In this document: positions 1 to 11,793 of the stretch, piece by piece
How the letters are laid out: every line of letters begins with the position of its first letter
How positions within the stretch are numbered: position 1 is the first letter of the stretch
NCBI GenBank assembly: GCA_043228905.1
Contig: JBHGNT010000004.1
Span: 24,180,001-24,244,000 of the forward strand
Direction: 5' to 3'
DNA: 64,000 nucleotides
DNA from: Azolla caroliniana
Lineage: Eukaryota; Plantae; Polypodiophyta
Notes under the pieces: model-generated
The model's input: only the letters and a program-made list of their open reading frames with translations
Database searches by the model: none
Told to the model about the DNA's origin: nothing
Position numbers and translations under genes: made by a program

Positions 1-1502
1 CTTTTTATAATCTGAAATGTAGAATATTGATTTCTTATATAACTCACGGTCTTTTCTCCAGTAGCAAATATGTACAAGTATTGTACATTGGTCATTATAC
101 CAATGCATTGATTGAACCTCATTTTCAACTTTAAATGTATAGTTCTCTGCAAAGTCAATAACGGATACTATAACATCTGGTGGTAAGTTATTTATACATT
201 CCTTAAACTGTGAATTTTGCCAATAACTCCTAAAGTTATGTGGAATGAACTCCTCGAGTTGGTTCTTAAACTCTGAGACAAGGGTAGCAACACATGTCTC
301 CTTATATACTTCCTTGATACGCTTACTAACAAGACCCTTATATTTTTTGTCACATACTCTAAATATTTCCATTTCACAATATGACAATTATCTACATCAA
401 GCGCTTGTCTACAAAATGGTGGTTGTGGGCAAACTTTACATGTTCTTAGAAGACATGTACGATTATGCCACTCAGATGATGGTTGTTTTTCACAAACAAA
501 AGACCTCCATATCTCAGAAACCGATGAATAAGTCATGTTTCGTGCATTACATCTATTATCACTCCCATTTGGTCTACATACCTCACAAGTGCAAACACAC
601 CCATCCCCGTGTATACCCTTAGAATCAATATGCATATTGTACAGGCCAAGCCTTAACCTGTCCATTTTAATGTGGTACACACAACAACATGTGTTCCTCT
701 CTTTTAACTTTCTAACAAAAAACGGTTTCAAACCTTGGAACTTGCGAAATCCAAGATTGATGTTAGGATGTTGGTCTTTGAAGTTCATGAACAATTCCCC
801 CTACATCACTCAATAAATAACAAATGTTAATAGAATCCTTTAGTACAAAAAAATATTTAGAAACAAATAGATAAAAACAAAAGAATTGCCTCAGTCATCT
901 CCAAGAAGTGTCTTGGGTGAATCTGGTACCTACCCCGACTTATACGTTGTCTACATACATCTTTTTTATTCGGTGAGACACGAGTGTTTTTTGTCCAAAA
1001 GCAATCCACTTTCTCAACAATCTCTTGAGAGAAGGCATCACATCGTCGTCTACAACCTAACCCCAACCACTCAAATTGATTTGACTGTATATTTGTTCGA
1101 TGCTTCCTCAAGTTTCTTCTTTGAATACCAAGGGCTAAGGCAACTTTAGTATCACTATATTTTTTTTTGGTTGTATCATTTACAACCATGTGAAGGGTTG
1201 CTCTTTTTGCTCTCTACCCCTTTCACTAAGTGTAGCGATGACTTCATAGACTCTACAATCTCCTCTGAAACACATTGGTCCCTAATCTTAATATTTTCCA
1301 TGCACTCATTCAAAAGTTGATGGTGTAACACTCTCGAGATAATATCCCTACGATCTTTCTTGGTAAATCTCTCAATTACTTCTAGTAAATAACGAACTAT
1401 GTGAAGAATCACCCGTCTCTTGGTCCTCTCAGACATAGAATTGCTACATGACAACTCACTCTCCTTGACATCTACCATTGCCACTCTCATGTATTCCAGC
1501 AC
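1..1502 (-). pseudogene. Decayed DNA-transposon transposase, Sola2-like, continuing off the left edge
   Basis: Manual minus-strand translation of ~190-1 gives LPPDVIVSVIDFAENYTFKVENEVQSMHWYNDQCTILVH..FYISD. Upstream ORFs 192-794 (LKPFFV..NTCCCVYH, Cys-rich), 857-1189 and 1176-1502 are joined by frameshifts and a probable intron at 801-889. Family assignment is from motif recall. Confidence 0.6.
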
Positions 1503-1692
1503 CTAATTTCTTGTTATTTCAGTACCTAATTAACCACATCAACCAGTTTTCGAATAAACATGTACGATAATACCACACACATATATTCCTTTAACAAAAC
1601 AATACAATACTAAGAAAGACAACCATACCAATAGGCTAATATAAAAGTCAAGTTTCAGGTGTTATCCACAAGTGCCTAACATCAGTGGCAAA

Positions 1693-2038
1693 AGATTGTC
1701 ATTCTATTAAGATCGAGAAATTGACAATAATAATCATGATGATGATCTTTTCAGCATAAATAAATCTTCAAGTTTCCATTTCAAAGGATAATCAATAAAT
1801 ATTAAACCTTAAAAAACAGTTCTGAAATAACCAATGCTTAAAAAACAGTTCTGAAGGCATACCGAGGGAAGGAGACAACATACCAACATAAGAGTATCAT
1901 TCTATTAAGATCTAGAACTTGACAATAATAATCATGATGATGATGAAGACATTATCTTTTCAGCATAAATAAATCTTCAAGTTTCCATTTCAAAGGATAA
2001 TCAATAAATATAAAACCTTAAAAAACAGTTCTGAAGAC
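1693..2038. repeat. ~195-bp tandem repeat, units 1 and 2 (unit 2 cut by the PLE); a third unit lies at ~5152-5370
   Basis: The block ctattaagatc..cttgacaataataatcatgatgatgat..cagttctgaa recurs at ~1703, ~1901 and ~5164. Confidence 0.85.
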
Positions 2039-3977
2039 TCCTCATCCCCGGCCCCCAGTCCTGCAACCCGCACCCAACACACGCACCACGGGACCGAAAC
2101 TAAATCCTCTACCAGGAAAATACGTAGGGGTAGACTTAGAAAATTACATTGGCTCCCGCTTCTTCAACCGTTAACCTACCTCCACATTTTACTGGGAAGG
2201 CAAACACCCTCCCAGCTCGAGAATAGGATCACTAATCACTCATTGCACAACCTTTCCTCTTTCCACCTTCCTCCACCCCAACTCAAACTTCTAAGCTTAG
2301 GTCTAGACTTTATTCCCCCACCCCAACCTATTAGAAAACAACAATTGATAGACGTCATTGTATCCTTGGATAGAACTTACCGCCTCAAATATTTCTTTAG
2401 AAACTCTACTAACATTATCTCTCCATTTAGAATACCGAACCCCAATTGGAATCCCCCAGCCGTGCCAGAAATCACACAAACCATCACATCTATCACCTCT
2501 GCCCTCCCCTCCCCACCCACCATCCAACCTCGCCCTCATAGGAACTTTAGAACTGCACTACATAATCTCAAAAACAATCAAGACATAGTTATTAAACCCG
2601 TGGATAAAAATCTAGGCACGTGCATTCTCTCTAAGGAGTGGTACCTTAACGGATGCCTTAGACAACTCAACGACAAAAACACTTACACCCCCGTCAAAGA
2701 CGTCCCCCCTAGAAACTCTCCACAGTCGACTTGAACACCTATGTCTGAAAGCTTCCCCCCACCTCTCCAAGGAGGAAATTAGATTCCTCCTTTAGAAACC
2801 CAGACATGGTTTCAGGATATGTCATTTGTACATCATCCCCAAAACCCACAAGCCCACTGTTGTAGGACGCCCTATCTGCGCCTACAACAATTATGTTTTC
2901 GAAAGAGCCTCTAAATGGCTACACCATCTACTACATTCTGTCTTATTGTCTAAAAAACAACACCTCAAAGACTCCTTAACACTTTTTAAGGACCTACCAT
3001 ACCACACCTTCCCCAAAACTTGCACGTTGTTTTCTTTTGACATAGTGTCACTATATCCCAGTATACCTACGACGGAAGGTCTATTGGTTTTTTAAAAATC
3101 TATTTCACATCATTTCCCACCACACAAAACCAAAATCATTATGAGTGTCGCCGAACTTATACTTAGAAACAATTTTCTCTCCTTTAATAATGCTTTTTGG
3201 TTACAAATTAAAGGCACCGCAATGGGTAGTAATTTTGCCGTTGTTTATGCTTGCTTGTTTCTTTCGTAGCTAGAGGACGACAACCTAGCTTTCCAAACAC
3301 CGCAACTACTTTACTACAAACGCTACATCGATGATGCCATAGGAGTTTGGGAAGGCTCCCCCAATACACTTCACACCTTCTTACACCAATACGGCGTGCC
3401 TCTACAACAACACATCCGTATTGAATCAACAACCTCCCCTAAAGAGATCACCATCCTAGACGTCGTCTTCTTCAAAGGCCCATACTTTAAAGAATTTGGC
3501 ATTCTTGACACCGCATGCCACCAAAAACCTCTCAATGCCTACATGTACCTCCCGTGGAAATCCTCGCACCCCATAGCACACAAAAAGGGCTTCATCACGG
3601 GAGAACTAAAACGGTATGCTATCCGGGAGAGCTCGGAAAATGGCTACATGGAACTACGCAAAAAGTTCTACGACTGCCTAAGAGCTAGGGGCTACCCGTC
3701 AAAGTTCCTACTCAAGTGTTTTTCGATTGTCCCCTACTCCATACAAAACCAACTACTCTCTAACCAACCCAACAACAAAAAACCTCCACCCATTGTTTTT
3801 AAGCTTCGTTACTCCCCATGTATCAAAAAACTCCAAATCGGAGCACTCGTGAGAAACAAACTTAAACCCCTTCTAGGACAACCACAATACAGTTCCCTTA
3901 CACCCCCTCTCATGTGTTGGTTAAATGGTAAGAAACTAAGAAACCACCTAGTACACTCATCCTTTCCCCCCACCTAA
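2039..3977 (+). pseudogene. PLE-type reverse transcriptase, frameshifted and with stops; no C-terminal GIY-YIG domain
   Basis: Motifs HNLS..LLSLGLDFIP, IVIKPVDKNLG, YIIPKTHK..GRPI, SFDIVSLYPSIP, QIKGTAMG, RYIDD (YIDD 3324-3335), HQKP..YLPWKSSHP, RARGYP. Confidence 0.9.
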
Positions 3978-4139
3978 TGTTTTATGTACTCTCACCTCTC
4001 TTAACCCCCACCTAAAGTCTTGTGTACACTCTTTTACCTTCCCTTTGTACACACTTTTGTATGTCCCACATACAAAGGACTCTCCTTCCTCTCCCTATAA
4101 AAAGAGCAACCTAGTAGGCTTAGTTTTCATCATTTGTCC

Positions 4140-4184
4140 ATCGGGCATTGAAGAGCCTCCATCGAGGCGAAATGCATTGCCGAT
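4140..4184 (+). ncRNA. Degenerate minimal type I hammerhead ribozyme-like motif
   Basis: atcgggca-TTGAAGA-gcctc(catc)gaggc-GAAA-tgca-tt-gccgat. The CUGANGA core carries a C>T change, stem II is perfect, the stem III region is palindromic (ATGCAT), and the position 3' of a PLE ORF is typical. Confidence 0.65.
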
Positions 4185-4229
4185 TGTTGCCTTATGATAA
4201 TAAAACTTTCTTTCCTTCTATGTGTTGCT

Positions 4230-5000
4230 CTTATCTAATTTTTTGTCTTAAGTTCTTAAGTACTTATTTAATCAATTTTTATTAAGTACTTGTTTAATCA
4301 CTTTTTTGTCAATTTTTTTTGTCTTAAGTTTTTAAGTATTTATTTAATCATTTTTTATTAAGTACTTGTTTAATAATCATTTTTATTACGTACTTGTTTA
4401 ACCCCTTTTTTTTTAAAGTACTTGTTCAATCATTTGTTTAAACATTTGTTTAACTTTTTGTCTAACTTGTCTAACTTGTCTAACTTATTACGTACTTGTC
4501 TAACTTTTTGTTTAAACATTTGTTTAAGTATTCTCCTCTCTTAATCATAATCATTCTCTTCTTAGCCATGACCCCTTTTCTTTAACCATAATCCCTCCCT
4601 TCTCTTTTAATCATAACCTTGCTTTAAGTGTTTGCCCAAGTGTTTTCTTATCTAAATATTTGTTTAAACATTCGTTTAAGTACTTTGTTTTAGCAACCCC
4701 TTCCCCCTTAATCATAATCCCTTCTTAACCATAATCATTTTTTAATCTCAATCTCTCTCTTTTTTTCTTTTTTTTCTTTTTTTTTTATAATAATCTTTCT
4801 TTTAAGTGTTTGTTTAAGTGTGTGTTTAAACAACTCCCTTTCATCTAAGCGTGTGGTCCCGTTTTCATAATACTCTATATTGGTGTTTTAATAATACTCT
4901 ATTGGTGTCTAATAACTTAAGTTATCCCAATGGTCTTTAATATGTTCTAAAAACTTTGATTAGGTTTAAATACTTTTGATATATTCAACAAGCTACACTC
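4230..5000. repeat. AT-rich low-complexity region with recurring ttaagt(a/g)(c/t)ttgtttaa and aacttgtct units
   Basis: Direct reading of the sequence. Confidence 0.7.
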
Positions 5001-5340
5001 CCCTAACCCCCACCCATGCCCTCACTTTTCTATTCCCCTAAAAATATATCACTACTTATGTTTAGACATACAAATAAGATCTAAACTTGAGTCCACCCCA
5101 AACAACCCCCGGTGAAGTGTCGCACACTTTAAGCAATCTTAAAAAAGAGGGAAGATTATCATGCTATTAAGATCTAGAACTTGACAATAATAATCATGAT
5201 GATGATGATAACATTATCTTTTCAGCATAAATAAATCTTCAAGTTTCCATTTCAAAGGATAATCAATAAATATTAAACCTTAAAAAATAGTTCTGAAATA
5301 ACCAATGCTTAAAAAACAGTTCTAGAAAAAACAGTTTTGA

Positions 5341-5410
5341 AGACATACCGAGGGAAGGAGACGACATACCGAGGGAAGAAGAAGACATACCGAAGGAAGG
5401 AGAAGACATA
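5341..5410. repeat. ~21-bp tandem repeat (gacataccgagggaaggagac-like), about 3 copies
   Basis: Direct reading; a related unit occurs at 1857-1884. Confidence 0.7.
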
Positions 5411-5430
5411 GCGATGAAAGGCGAAGATGG

Positions 5431-6645
5431 CTCAGATGTGTGACACAAAGAACGCTTGATCATTTCCACGTAGGTTTGATTCGTAGATAAGGAATGGCAA
5501 GACCCCAAATCTTGGGGACATTCGCGTGCTGTGAATACCTAAGATGAGGAGAACGACAAATAGAGATGGGCTCAATTTTCACCGATTTTCACCCGTACAT
5601 TTGGGCAAGTCCCGTGTAGCTCCTCCATGGCGCGCGTCACCGCTCGTATTTTCCACCCGTGCTTGGTGTTGATCTACCACTTACCCTTCTTTTAGAAGTC
5701 CATGGACTGTTGAAATTCCGTGCTCGGCCACAACCGAGGAACAGGATCGATTCACAGAAAACGGGAAATACAAGAATGCACGAAAACAATAGAGAGAAGG
5801 GTACACTGGATGTTTTACGTGGAAAACCCTAAATGGGAAAAACCACGGGAGTGCAAGACTCCAACTATCACTATAAACAGAGATGTACAATGGTGAAGCT
5901 ACAAGGCAACAACCTTGCGCTCACTGTCCTCGCCACAGGCGGCGGTATTACACAGAGGCGTCGACCTCTTCCTTCCTCTTTCTCTCTCACTCTCTCTCGG
6001 CTGCTCTCACTTCGCTTCCTCTCAGTGGAAAAACAGAAAATGAGCAACAACTTCACTGTTTGCCCTAAGTCATATTTATACACATATGACTTTCGGGCTA
6101 TTTACAAATATAGCCTCAAGGGCTCTTGGCAAACATATTCACAAATATGTCTCCGCATCCGGATCTCTCTCCGGGTACATTCATCATCCGGCTCCGTAAC
6201 CGGGGTCTTCATCATCCGGCTCCGTAACCGGGGTCTTCATCATCTGGCTCCGTAACCGGGGTCTTCATCATCCGGCTCCGTAACCGGGGTCTTCATCATC
6301 CGGCTCCGTAACCGGAACCGGGCTTGCCGTCATTCATCCCCGGACATCCCATCCGGAGGGACCGAAATCTCAGATGTGTGACACAAAGAACGCTTGATCA
6401 TTTCCACGTAGGTTTGATTCGTAGATAAGGAATGGCAAGACCCCAAATCTTGGGGACATTCGCGTGCTGTGAATACCTAAGATGAGGAGAACGACAAATA
6501 GAGATGGGCTCAATTTTCACCGATTTTCACCCGTACATTTGGGCAAGTCCCGTGTAGCTCCTCCATGGCGCGCGTCACCGCTCGTATTTTCCACCCGTGC
6601 TTGGTGTTGATCTACCACTTACCCTTCTTTTAGAAGTCCATGGAC
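5431..6645. repeat. 277-bp direct duplication (5431-5707 = 6369-6645) flanking a Copia LTR
   Basis: The same sequence ctcagatgtgtgacac..gaagtccatggac occurs at an offset of 938. Confidence 0.95.
5708..6372 (-). mobile_element. Lone LTR of the Copia family found at 39898-45365
   Basis: The reverse complement matches LTR 39898-40586, including the 28-bp repeats. The terminal TGT is missing at the right-hand junction. Confidence 0.9.
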
Positions 6646-7607
6646 ATCATGTTGATCTCTGAACCATGGTCTACCAACGCCACCACCGGCTCATGGATGT
6701 CTCCGATCCGAACGAGGGTCTCCGTAGTGGCTCTAGCCCAATGCAACCTCGAATAGTGGCTTTCTGCCAACTCGTCCTCCAGGGCCATATCTTCCAGGTG
6801 CGTCGTTAGCACCTCCACCGAATTCTCCGGCTCCGGCTCCGGCTCCGTCGAAAGCCAATTCCTCTTCACCAAGTCCACAATGGAGTCATGGAACTCCTTC
6901 TTGGAAATCCCGAGCACTTCCCTTAACAACAGCTCCACCTTGCTATCGAGGATTCTTTCCTCCAGGAGCTTTCGCAGATTCGTCGTCCTTTCTATCTTGG
7001 TGCTCAGCCGGTAACCGGCCTTCTTTGTCTTGTCCAGTATGCCGATGGTGTCGGGTTCATTCTACATCGACCCGAACCGGGTCTCGTACTGTTGCGAGGG
7101 TCCGGCCCCTCCGGCTTTTCCCACATGCTTGTCCTCTACCAGAACCTCGTAGTTCCGGCACGCGGCTCCCCCGAAGCCGGTCTTTTCCTCAACCGAATCG
7201 CTCCACCCGGTGACATCCCGGATCCGTCTTTTCGCCCAGTCCGCTTCCTCCTTCCTCAACCGCAAACTGGCGAGGCCTTCTAGCACCAACGGCCAGAAAT
7301 TAGAGTCCTTCGTCTACTAGCCTTCGTCACTCCCAACCCAGATTCCTGCTGACGCCGAGTAGTGGATGGTCTCTGCATGGCGCACTGCCGCTTCTTCCAT
7401 CAGCCGCTTCATTCCTCCGCGTCCAATCTTTAACTCCAGGGCTCTCCGGGTCTTGCTAGCATGCACCCACCCGTTCCACAGGTACACGACGTTAACCCTG
7501 AGCGCTTCCGCGAAGTCCCCGCAGTCCTTCCGGATGTGACCGACCGCGTCACACCACAAGCACCGATGCCTAGCCGGAGGCCTTCGGTTGCGAGGCCACT
7601 CGCCACT
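6518..7607 (-). pseudogene. gag: Gypsy gag-protease fragment, probable continuation of element D
   Basis: RCLWCDAVGHIRKDC zinc knuckle and VALVDHGSEIN protease motif. The last ~130 bp are duplicated at 5580-5707. Confidence 0.85.
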
Positions 7608-8239
7608 GTCCGACAGTACTTCGTCCCCTCTAGCGCGCGATCCCCTCTCTCCCCCGTCTCCCTCTCTTTTATAGCTCAAGGAGGGAGGCCGTTTCACCCG
7701 TTTACATCACATTAATTCTCTGTCCTTTCGGACAGAGATACTCCTCGATTTCCCTTATAGAATATTGCTACCTAGGATTTAACCTTTGTGCCTACCTATC
7801 TACTATACGACAAGGGGCGTGCCCACGTGTAAGGGCCGGTTCACACACATTATACACAGTTTGCGCCTGGGGACAGTTTTCTTCACGACATCCGCTCCCA
7901 CCTAACCGTGCATCCATCGGTATGCCACAAAATGGGGTTCCTACGGGAGAAAACCGATCCTTGCTTTTATTCTTCGTTTACCGGTTCATCCTCCGCCTCG
8001 GGCTGCTCGTCGTTGCTGTCCATGCCCCCTAGCTCCGACTCACCGTCGTGTCGTTTCTTGAATGCTTTGATCCTCTTCCCTGCTACCGGTATCGCCATTC
8101 TCGTACCGTTGTCGTGAAGAAAACCGTCCATAGGCGGAATCGGCGCACCTAGGCGTGGGAACCGGTTCTTCACGCGCGCAAGCTCCAAGTTGTACGAAGA
8201 AGCGAGTTAGGAGGATAATCGGCAGGAACGGGCGGAGCC

Positions 8240-11029
8240 GTGGAGGCAGTCTCCTTCGACGACACCTTGGGAATGCTGGGGAAGGTAGTCGAAGAAGACC
8301 TTAACGAAGACCGGACGATACCGGTGTGTTCCGAAGAAATGTACGAAGTCATCGCGGACTTCGGTCGAGGGCTCGAGTCGGAACGGACGGCCCGAGTGAG
8401 CACCAAGTACAAGACGGTGGACCGGAAGGTGAGGCCAGTTGCGGCGCCCTTACCGGAGGGCAGTGAATCCTGGATTAAAGGGGTTGCATCGGACCCCAGC
8501 TTACGAGATCGGGCCTGCATAGGACACACCTTCACCAACGAGACGCTCCGCGAGCTGAAGATCGGTGGGGGCGGGTTCCTACTGCCGGCGGAGGAAGACC
8601 GGTTCCGGAGAATGCTCGGAAGGCACGGGAAAGCCTTCGCATTCTCGCCGGAGGAAATCGGGTGCGTGGACCCGACGATCGTAGAGCCGATGGTGATATT
8701 CACGGTACCTCATGTACCGTGGAATCTCAAGCCAATTTCGGTTCCGAGAGCTCACATCCCGAAGTTGATGGAGCTGTTGAAGCAGAAAGTTGATATGGGC
8801 ATTCTCGAGCCGTCGAGCGCCCCGTATTCAAACCGCTGGTTTACCGTACCAAAGAAAAACGGATCATTGCGCTTCATTCAGGACCTGCAGCCGGTCAATA
8901 GAGTGACCATTCGGAACGCAGGGATCGGACCGACCATAGACGAGTTCGCGGAGGCCTTCGCCGGAAGGTCGATTTACTCGGTCGGTGATCTATACTCAGG
9001 GTACGACCAGTTCCAGCTAGCCGTGGAAAGCAGAGACATTACGACGATGCAAACTCCCCTCGGCCTAGTGCGGATGTGTACGCTGCCGCAAGGAGGGACC
9101 AACTCGGTGGCCCACATGGTGAATGCGATGAACAAGGTGCTGAGGGACTGCATCCCGGACATCACCATGCCGTTTCTAGACGACATCCCGATCAAGGGAT
9201 GCCCGGTAGAAGAGAAGAACGAGACGGTCGGGCCGGACGGATGCCGGCGATTCGTGATGGCGCACATCGACGACTGCGAGAAGGTGCTGCAAAGGCTAGA
9301 GGATGCGAGGCTCACCTTCTCGGGGGAGAAATCAGCCTTCGGGCAGTCGGAAATCATGGTGGTCGGACACTTATGTGGGCCATATGGCCGGAAACCGTCT
9401 CCGGCAAAGGTAGAAGCCATCTCCGCGATGAAGCCCGACTGCAGCTCGGTCACGGAAGTACGAAGATTCCTGGGGGCATGCGCATTCTACCACATATGGA
9501 TCCCGCATTACGCCCACGTTGCGGAGCCGCTATACGGATTATTGAGGAAAGGGCGAAGATTCGAATGGCTAGACAAGCACACGGAGTCGGTCCGGAAGCT
9601 GAAGGAGGCTCTTTCGGCAGCACCGGCGCTCCGAAAGGCCGTCTACAGGAAGGGCACCCCAGTGTACATAACGGTTGACACGAGTCCAACCGGAATCGGG
9701 TGGGTCGTCAACCAAGAAGACGAGGACGGCAATCGGTTTCCGATCCGATTCGGCGCGAAGGTCCTCAGCGAACGGCAGCGAGGATACACCCAGGTTAAAC
9801 GCAAACTCTGGGGTATCGTTTCGGCGGTGAAGGCCGACAAGGACTATCTGATCGGGACGGAGGTAATCATAGAGACGGATTGCATGCCGATTCTCGGCAT
9901 GGTTTCCGGATGCGCGACGCCGGACTTGGCAATGCTCAGGTGGATAGCGTATATCAAGTCCCTAGACCCGGTAATACGACACATTTCCGGGAAAGACAAC
10001 GCCATGGCCGACATGCTTTCAAGGGCGAGATTTGATGACGAGGGCGGCATGGTTTCGGAGGACGAAGAGGTCGGCGTGGACTTCTTCGAGACTGCGTATG
10101 TAACAACCGACGGAACAAGCACTCCGGCGCTTAGCGACTTCGACGCGAGCAAGTACGACGGGGAGTGGCTGCAGATCGGTGGGTTTTTGAAGACAATGAC
10201 GCCCGATGCGTCATGGACGAAGGACGAGGCCAACCGGATCCGGAAGAAAGCGTACCGGTTCTTTCTCCGGGATGGCTATCTATGGAAGCACCCGAAGAAG
10301 AGGGACGGCGCTCCGCTCCGGGTGGTGGCGATGAAGGAAGAACAGGAGGAGTTGCTGACGGCCTACCACGACAGCCCTTGGGCTGGACACCGTGGAACAT
10401 GGGCTACGTTTGAGAAACTGAAGGGGAAGTATTGGTGGCCGGGGCAGTACCAGGACGTGCATCGGTTCGTGACAACTTGCGAGAGCTGTCAGATGCACTC
10501 CATAGTCCGACATCGGGACGAGCTTCACCCCACGTACCCTCCGACCATCCACTTCAAATGGATGGTAGATCTGGTGACGATGCCAATGGGGGTAGGACAG
10601 ATGCGGTACCTGGTCCTAGCGCGGGAGGATCTGACGAACCAGGTGGAAGGCCGGGCCCTTCCGAACAAAACGACCGCGGCCGTATGCCGGTTCCTAATCG
10701 AGGACGTGATATGCCGGTACGGGTGCGTCGGGAAGATCGTGGCTGACCGAGGGGAGTTGGACGCCGAAGAAGCCGCGGAGCTGTTCGACCGGCTGGGAGT
10801 CAAGCTCTCGCTCACCACTGCGTACAATCCGGAGGCGAATGGAAAGGTGGAGCGCGGACACGGACCGATCGTCAAGGCGTTGGTTCGGGCATGCAGAGGC
10901 CGAGTCGGTAACTGGCCGCGGCTGCTACCTTATGCTTTGTGGGCGGACCGGACCACGCACAGTTCGGTAACCGGGTACATGCCGACGGAGCTCATGTTCG
11001 GCCAGAAGCCGATCATGCCGATGGAACGG
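8240..11029 (+). pseudogene. pol: Element A pol (RT-RNase H-integrase), split by B; resumes at 18204-18677
   Basis: DLYSGYDQ, LPQG, FLDD, DTS, integrase HHCC and D,D,E motifs. Confidence 0.92.
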
Positions 11030-11753
11030 TGTCGTGAAGAAAACCGCCCACAAGAGGAATCGGAGGAACAAGGCGTGGGAAACGGCTCTACACACACACG
11101 CGCGCCAAGAAGTACCTAAGGACGAAGTAGGTACATACGAGGATCCTAGGTGGGTAGATTCGGTTGGTATGCAGTTAATGCCAAACGGCCTCTTGACGGG
11201 CTATAAAAGGAAGAGGAAGAATAGAAGTGGTTTTTTTTTTTCGCCCGCGGAGAGGACGAAGTGCTGCCGAACCGATTTCGGAGCTTCTCTCTCACTCCGG
11301 CTCTCTCTGTCTTCTGCTCCATCGCGTACCTGTGCAGGTTTCGAGGAGGCTCGCGCTGTTCCGTGGAACGCCCCGAGTGCGTCCTGCAGCACCTCCGACC
11401 TGTTTTCCCTTTCTGTGCGTCGCGACATACGGGGGGGTCGGCAGCTGTTCGCCGCCCTGTTCGTTTTCGTTAGTATCTATTTTGTGCCCCGCCGTGGGTT
11501 GTAATACTTTAGTCTGTTATTTTCTTGCATTCGTAAGTACATATCTCTCGCTATTGCGTCCATCTGCGTCGGCGTTTATTTGTGATCTCTGTTTGTTGGG
11601 CCGTGTCCCTGTGCAATCGTCGGCTCTGCGCAATCGGATCTTCGGTTCTGTGTAATCGGGTCTCTCTTACTCCTCTCTCTCTTGCTCTTCGGTTCGAGAC
11701 CCCCGTGGTCCCTCCTCCTTTCTACACGCAAGGGCGTAGCAACCCCGACATCT

Positions 11754-11770
11754 TGGTGAACCCGACGTGA
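11754..11770 (+). promoter_or_regulatory. Primer binding site, tRNA-Trp
   Basis: TGGTGAACCCGACGTGA is complementary to the plant tRNA-Trp 3' end (TCACGTCGGGTTCACCA). Equivalent sites at 25295, 26525, 30167, 36411 and 52578. Confidence 0.88.
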
Positions 11771-11793
11771 AAGAGGCGGCAGAAGAGTAGGAA

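Larger units (their letters stand above)
2039..5150 (+). mobile_element. Penelope-like retroelement (PLE), 5'-truncated, with AT-rich 3' tail
   Basis: RT pseudogene, then TATA (~4096), hammerhead-like motif (4140-4184), AATAAA (4199) and a low-complexity tail. The 3' boundary is approximate. Confidence 0.8.

Noticed and set aside
2031-2100. CTGAAGA..GAAAC as a second hammerhead
   Set aside because: CTGAAGA belongs to the flanking tandem repeat and no stems form.
8105-8109. 5-bp TSD ACCGT for element A
   Set aside because: It would use the terminal A of the LTR's CA; the other two-sided sites give 4 bp.
11034-11655. ORFs within LTRs (also 40102-40461, 46264-46716, 36029-36256) as accessory genes
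   Set aside because: They recur only because LTRs are duplicated and are not conserved between LTR types.
11691-11702. GGTTCGAGACCC in Gypsy U5 as a Pol III B box
   Set aside because: No A box upstream, and sibling LTRs read GGTCCAAG or GGTACAAG.
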